64,000 nt of DNA, taken from the NCBI GenBank assembly GCA_963727625.1, contig CAVSHR010000002.1, forward strand, positions 640,001-704,000, written 5' to 3'. This document shows positions 60,042 to 64,000 of the stretch, in pieces. Source of the DNA: an uncultured delta proteobacterium. Lineage in GTDB: Bacteria; Desulfobacterota; Binatia; UBA9968. The notes below the pieces were generated by a model. The model did not search any database. It worked only from the letters and a program-made list of their open reading frames with translations, and had not been told where the DNA came from. Each line of letters starts with the position of its first letter. Position 1 is the stretch's first letter. The position numbers were made by a program, and so were the translations under genes.

Positions 60042-60992
60042 ATGGCAAGACTAGATATCACGCTGGCGCTCGGTTCCTACGATCGGCACGCGCCGCTGCT
60101 CGAAGGCTGTATTCGCCACCCCGACATCGACGTCACATATATCGAGGTCGACCCGCAGCAGGGACGCCACGAGCGCTTCTTGCAACATTTCGAATTCGAC
60201 GCCGCCGAGTTGTCGCTATCATCTTATCTTATTGCGATCGATCAAGGGCTGCCGGTCTACGCTGTGCCGATTTTCCCGCGCCGGCTGTTCAGCCAATCGC
60301 AGATGTACAAGAACATTCACTGCGGCATCGGCTCGCCGGCGGACTTGGCGGGGAAAAAAATCGGCCTCAGCGCTTACCAAAATACTCTGGGTGTGCGCGC
60401 CAAGGGCGACTTGACTCACTTCTACGGCGTCCCCCGCACCACCGTTACCTGGGTGACGCCGGGTAAAGAGGTCGTTGACGTGAAGCTCCCTGCCGATCTA
60501 AAAATCGAGACCCGCGCCAGCATGGCCGACATCGAACAGGAATTTGTCGAAGGCAAAATTCAGGCGATGTTCGTCTCGCGCTTGCCGAAAGCGTTTCGCG
60601 GCGGCAATCCCAATTTGGCGCGCTTGTTCGCCGACCCGCAAATCGAAGAAGAGCGCTACCTGCGCGAGGTAGGTTTTTTCCCGATCATGCATGTGCTCGC
60701 ATTCAAGAAGGAGCTGGCGCGAAAATATCCTGAGCTGCCACGCGCGCTGTTCGACATTTTCGAGCAAGCCCGCCAGCGCGCCACGCAGCGCTGGGCCGAC
60801 CCCAACTGGTCGATGGCGATCTGGGGTAGGCGCGAGCTGGAACGCCAAGCCAAGCTCTGCAGCTTCGACCCCTGGCGCAACGGCCTCGAGTCCAACCGGA
60901 AAAACATTGAACAGTTTACCTTGTACAGCCACGAACAGGGTCTAACCGGGCGGCGCCTGACGCCGGACGATTTGTTCGCGGCGATCGACTAG
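60042..60992 (+). CDS. 4,5-dihydroxyphthalate decarboxylase-like / periplasmic-binding-fold protein
   Basis: YDRH.PL, FDAAELSLSSY, PIFPRR.F, FPIMH, DPW..G...NRK; no signal peptide. Confidence 0.8.
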   Translation: MARLDITLALGSYDRHAPLLEGCIRHPDIDVTYIEVDPQQGRHERFLQHFEFDAAELSLSSYLIAIDQGLPVYAVPIFPRRLFSQSQMYKNIHCGIGSPADLAGKKIGLSAYQNTLGVRAKGDLTHFYGVPRTTVTWVTPGKEVVDVKLPADLKIETRASMADIEQEFVEGKIQAMFVSRLPKAFRGGNPNLARLFADPQIEEERYLREVGFFPIMHVLAFKKELARKYPELPRALFDIFEQARQRATQRWADPNWSMAIWGRRELERQAKLCSFDPWRNGLESNRKNIEQFTLYSHEQGLTGRRLTPDDLFAAID

Positions 60993-61246
60993 ATTCGTAT
61001 TTCTGAAGTGACCGCCATCCTTGACGCTGTCACTTCGAGGCGAAGCCGAGAAATATAGTGTTCGCGGAATTTCCGATGCGGGTCTTGACCGCTGCTGCGC
61101 AGTTACGAGTTCCGAAAAGCAACGGCAGCGGCTAAACCCCATCAGCGCTGTTTATGTCAAACAACCTCGCGATTCCGTTGGCTTGGAAAACAGGGTTGAT
61201 GGCTATAGGACTGACTCGAAATTTGGGGTGACCCAGGAGAGTTAGC

Positions 61247-62323
61247 ATGCTGATTCTATCCAACGAGGACATCGAGAAAATTTTACCCGTCGGCACCTGC
61301 CTGGACGTGCTCGAGGAAGCATATCGCGATCTCGGCAACGGGAGGGCGGCGACGGTGCCGCGCTACGATGTTTTCAGCCCGACCAAGCCCAACCAATTCT
61401 ACGAATACAAAACGATGAGCGGCGTGTTGCCTGGTCGCAAGATCGCGGCGCTGCGGCTCAACTCCAGCGTGGTCACGTGGTACGAGAAGGCCGGCGGTGT
61501 GCGCAAAGACAAGTTGCCCGTCGCCGGCGGCGATAAATACGTCGGGCTGGTGATGCTCTTTAGCACCGAAACCGGCGAGCCCCTGGCGATCTTTCCCGAC
61601 GGCTACGTACAGAAACTGCGTGTGGCCGGGGCCAGCGCCATTGCGGCGCGTTACCTGGCGCGCAAGGATTCCAAAGTCATGGCGTTGCTCGGCGCCGGTT
61701 GGCAAGCGAGCGCACATCTGGTGACGATGTCGATGATTCGCGACCTGAAGCAGGTGAAGGTCTTCAGCCTGACACTGGAGTCGCGCCGACGTTTCGTCGA
61801 AGAGTGGACGGGAAAGGTTGCGGCGCAGTTGATCGAGACCGACAGCGCGGCCGAGGCGATGGACGGCGCCGATATGGTAATCGCCACGACCAACTCGATC
61901 TCGCCGCTGTTTCCCGGCGAGTCTTTGCGGCCGGGGATGCATGTGTCGTGCGTCAAGCCCTGCGAGTTCGATGCCGCAACGTACAAGCGCTCCGAGCCGT
62001 TGATTATCCACTGGCGTGAGGCGAAGCCCTTTCAAATCGCCATCGGCTTTGACCGCCAATCGATCCCCGACGTCGCCGAGGGCTGGCAGCACCCGCTCAC
62101 GCGCGAAGACTGCGCTATTTGGGATTTCCCGACTCTTTCGGAATTGGTCAACGGCCGGCACCCCGGTCGCGCCAGAGACGATGCGATAAGCTGTTTTTGC
62201 AACAATGTTGGCCTTGGCTTGCAGTTCGCGGCAGTCGGCAGCGAGGTCTTGGCGCGGGCCCGAGAAACGCGCGTCGGACGGGAAATTCCGACGGATTGGT
62301 TCTTAGAAGAGGTGCATCCCTAG
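61247..62323 (+). CDS. Ornithine cyclodeaminase / mu-crystallin family protein (second paralog)
   Basis: GEPLAIFPDG...LRVA, LLGAGWQA, ATTNS, GLGLQFAA; C-terminus PTDWFLE matches PTEWFLQ of 43263..44351. Confidence 0.88.
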   Translation: MLILSNEDIEKILPVGTCLDVLEEAYRDLGNGRAATVPRYDVFSPTKPNQFYEYKTMSGVLPGRKIAALRLNSSVVTWYEKAGGVRKDKLPVAGGDKYVGLVMLFSTETGEPLAIFPDGYVQKLRVAGASAIAARYLARKDSKVMALLGAGWQASAHLVTMSMIRDLKQVKVFSLTLESRRRFVEEWTGKVAAQLIETDSAAEAMDGADMVIATTNSISPLFPGESLRPGMHVSCVKPCEFDAATYKRSEPLIIHWREAKPFQIAIGFDRQSIPDVAEGWQHPLTREDCAIWDFPTLSELVNGRHPGRARDDAISCFCNNVGLGLQFAAVGSEVLARARETRVGREIPTDWFLEEVHP

Positions 62324-62366
62324 AATGATGTTTCGAGTTTCCGGTCTCGGGTTTCGAGTTAAAAAC

Positions 62367-62661
62367 ATGAAATCCAAAGGTTCGCTTCCGATGGGTTTGC
62401 TTGCGTTTGAGCCTGACATGCAGCGCGCGCAGACCAAACTCAAAGTCGCTTACCCGGCCACAAGCACGGGGTAGACGTCGAGGTCATTTACACCGCCGGC
62501 AGCTCGCGCCTCATCCAAGCCATGTTGGCTAAAAACCTGCCGATCTCCGAGATTGCGATTTCCGCGGTTATTCAAGCAATCTCGCCGGCCAATTTTATCG
62601 ACGTCGGTTATTAGAAAGTGCTGGAGCGAGTGGGTTCACCAAGAAGCGCTATGGTGAGTAG
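62367..62661 (+). pseudogene. Deletion-collapsed remnant of a NitT/TauT-type substrate-binding protein gene
   Basis: Manual translation: AQTKLKVAYP / KHGVDVEVIYTAGSSRLIQAML...AVIQA / PANFIDVGY*KVLER, with frameshifts and an in-frame stop. Confidence 0.65.
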
Positions 62662-62763
62662 TGATCCGCACTTCAAGTTGCAGGACGACGCGTTGAGCAA
62701 ATTATTTTGGGAAGACGAACCCACTCGCGCGAAAAAAAATGCAATCAAAAATTCACATTTTTA

Positions 62764-62792
62764 TTGACAGATAAAAACCACTTTCGTACACT
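62764..62792 (+). promoter_or_regulatory. Near-consensus sigma70 promoter with AT-rich upstream tract
   Basis: TTGACA-17 nt-TACACT preceded by A/T tracts. Confidence 0.75.
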
Positions 62793-62798
62793 GCTCAT

Positions 62799-62922
62799 CA
62801 GCAGGGAAAGGAGGTGGTCCAGACATGATTGATAAAAGTACTGTCTGCGAGGTGGCTGAGACTTAGGCTCTAGGCGGAATCTTTGACGGGGATTCAGGCC
62901 TGGAGCCTGGGAATCCCCCTCA
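62799..62922 (+). ncRNA. Candidate small RNA / sORF transcript with an extended 16S-complementary tract
   Basis: Promoter, then GAAAGGAGGTGGTCCAG (62806-62822), a 13-codon ORF and a GC-rich 3' hairpin GGGGATTC...GAATCCCC (62888-62918). Confidence 0.55.
62825..62866 (+). CDS. Putative 13-aa peptide MIDKSTVCEVAET
   Basis: ATG 10 nt after AGGAGG; TAG at 62864-62866. Confidence 0.45.
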   Translation: MIDKSTVCEVAET

Positions 62923-62942
62923 GTCCACCTAGTGGGTCCGCT

Positions 62943-63683
62943 TCAACGGTCGCTTGCGCTGCCGCTTGAAGCGGACCTTCTTTTTTCCAGCAATTCGAGT
63001 GCGGTTAGGGCCGCTTTTCTCGACCCCCGATCTTCGCTCTCGCTGTTCTTTTTTAACGCAGCCAGAAATTCTGCTGTTGGCTGTCCCAGATTCGCCAGCG
63101 CAATTGCGGCTGTGTGACGCACCTTGGCTTCCGCATCGTCACCGTAAATTCGTAACAAAACATTTTTTCCGGCGGCGTCAAGATCTGGTCGTAGCCTCAA
63201 ACAAATGGCGGCGGCGACCCTGACGGTGACATCGGGATCACCCAGGGCCCCGAGCAACGCTGACCGGCTCGCCGGATCGGTCAAGGCAAGATCGCGAATG
63301 CAGTAAAGCGCCATGCGTTTCTGATGCGCGGTGCCGTCGGCGCTGAGTTGCATCAGTCGCGGGACGATAGCGCCGTCAATTTTTGCAATGCGAATCAGCA
63401 GGAGGGCGATCGCCCAGCGAATGTCTGCCTCGCCGTGATCCAGGGCGTCGAGCAGCCCTTGCAGCGCGGCGCGGGAAGGTTCCGGCAGATGACCCAGAAT
63501 GTAGGCTACTGGCCAGTAATTTTTATGACCGCTCGCGGTCAGTCGGTGCCCTAGGATTTCGCGCAGGCGAGGAGTCTCGTCGGCGAGGGCGATCAGCTTG
63601 TCGACGGCCGCGCGAATCGCCGGCTTGTTATGTTGATCCAGGTCGGCAATGAGCGCGTCAATTTGGCGATCGTCCAGTTCCAT
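62943..63683 (-). CDS. HEAT-repeat protein
   Basis: Repeated L.D.D..VR.AAA..L helical units; start trimmed to MELDD. Confidence 0.82.
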   Translation of the reverse strand: MELDDRQIDALIADLDQHNKPAIRAAVDKLIALADETPRLREILGHRLTASGHKNYWPVAYILGHLPEPSRAALQGLLDALDHGEADIRWAIALLLIRIAKIDGAIVPRLMQLSADGTAHQKRMALYCIRDLALTDPASRSALLGALGDPDVTVRVAAAICLRLRPDLDAAGKNVLLRIYGDDAEAKVRHTAAIALANLGQPTAEFLAALKKNSESEDRGSRKAALTALELLEKRRSASSGSASDR

Positions 63684-63754
63684 GATGAGTCCGCCTGCGC
63701 TCAACCGCAGATCATCGACTTAAATTGTTCTGTGGTCTTCTCGCCCCGGCGCCC

Positions 63755-64000
63755 TTAGATTTCCAGAAACTGCGGACAGTCCGTAAGATTTCGATTGGCT
63801 TTGGTCGTGACGAGAACGACGTCTTCCAAGCGCACGCCACCGACGCCGAGATAGTAAAGCCCGGGTTCCACGGTAACGACATGACCGGTGTGCAGGGTCG
63901 CGTCGATCGGTGCGATGCGCGGCGGTTCGTGGATATCCAACCCGAGACCGTGGCCCGTGCCGTGAAAAAATCCCTGCATTCGCCCGTTAATTTTACCGGT
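63755..64000 (-). CDS. Xaa-Pro peptidase (M24B) C-terminus; gene starts beyond the window
   Basis: HGTGHGLGLDIHEPP, VTVEPGLY, GGVRLEDVV. Confidence 0.93.
   Translation of the reverse strand, partial: TGKINGRMQGFFHGTGHGLGLDIHEPPRIAPIDATLHTGHVVTVEPGLYYLGVGGVRLEDVVLVTTKANRNLTDCPQFLEI

Noticed and set aside
62806-62822. Remnant of a 16S rRNA gene on the minus strand
   Set aside because: Similarity stops after 17 nt, the flanks are not rRNA-like, and the tract sits between a promoter and an ATG.

Overview
GC-rich bacterial chromosomal window. The gene content (NitT/TauT-type binding proteins, amidohydrolase, UbiD, two ornithine cyclodeaminase paralogs, orphan Mo-hydroxylase) is suggestive of Candidatus Binatia or a related deltaproteobacterial lineage; this is inference. 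About 42 protein genes are supportable, mostly housekeeping and catabolic (trpEG, tldD/pmbA, bioB, aas, pgeF, mltA, mlaC). I saw no rRNA, tRNA, CRISPR array, integrase or transposase. Most notable items: (1) an AT-richer island at 44.4-49.2 kb encoding a nuclease-STAND NTPase-helical sensor protein whose C-terminus looks like a fused antitoxin, followed by an AbiEii-type nucleotidyltransferase toxin, and bounded by a diverged duplicate of the 3' end of a zincin gene; (2) a small stand-alone transcript at 62.8 kb with 17 nt of complementarity to the consensus 16S rRNA 3' end ahead of a 13-codon ORF; (3) a cluster of three RoxA-like dihaem proteins, a GMC oxidoreductase and an alpha-dioxygenase-like haem enzyme; (4) two archaeal-type genes (free-standing ThrRS editing domain, class II GAPDH homologue); (5) deletion-collapsed pseudogene tracts. 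All family calls come from motif recognition by eye, not database searches.
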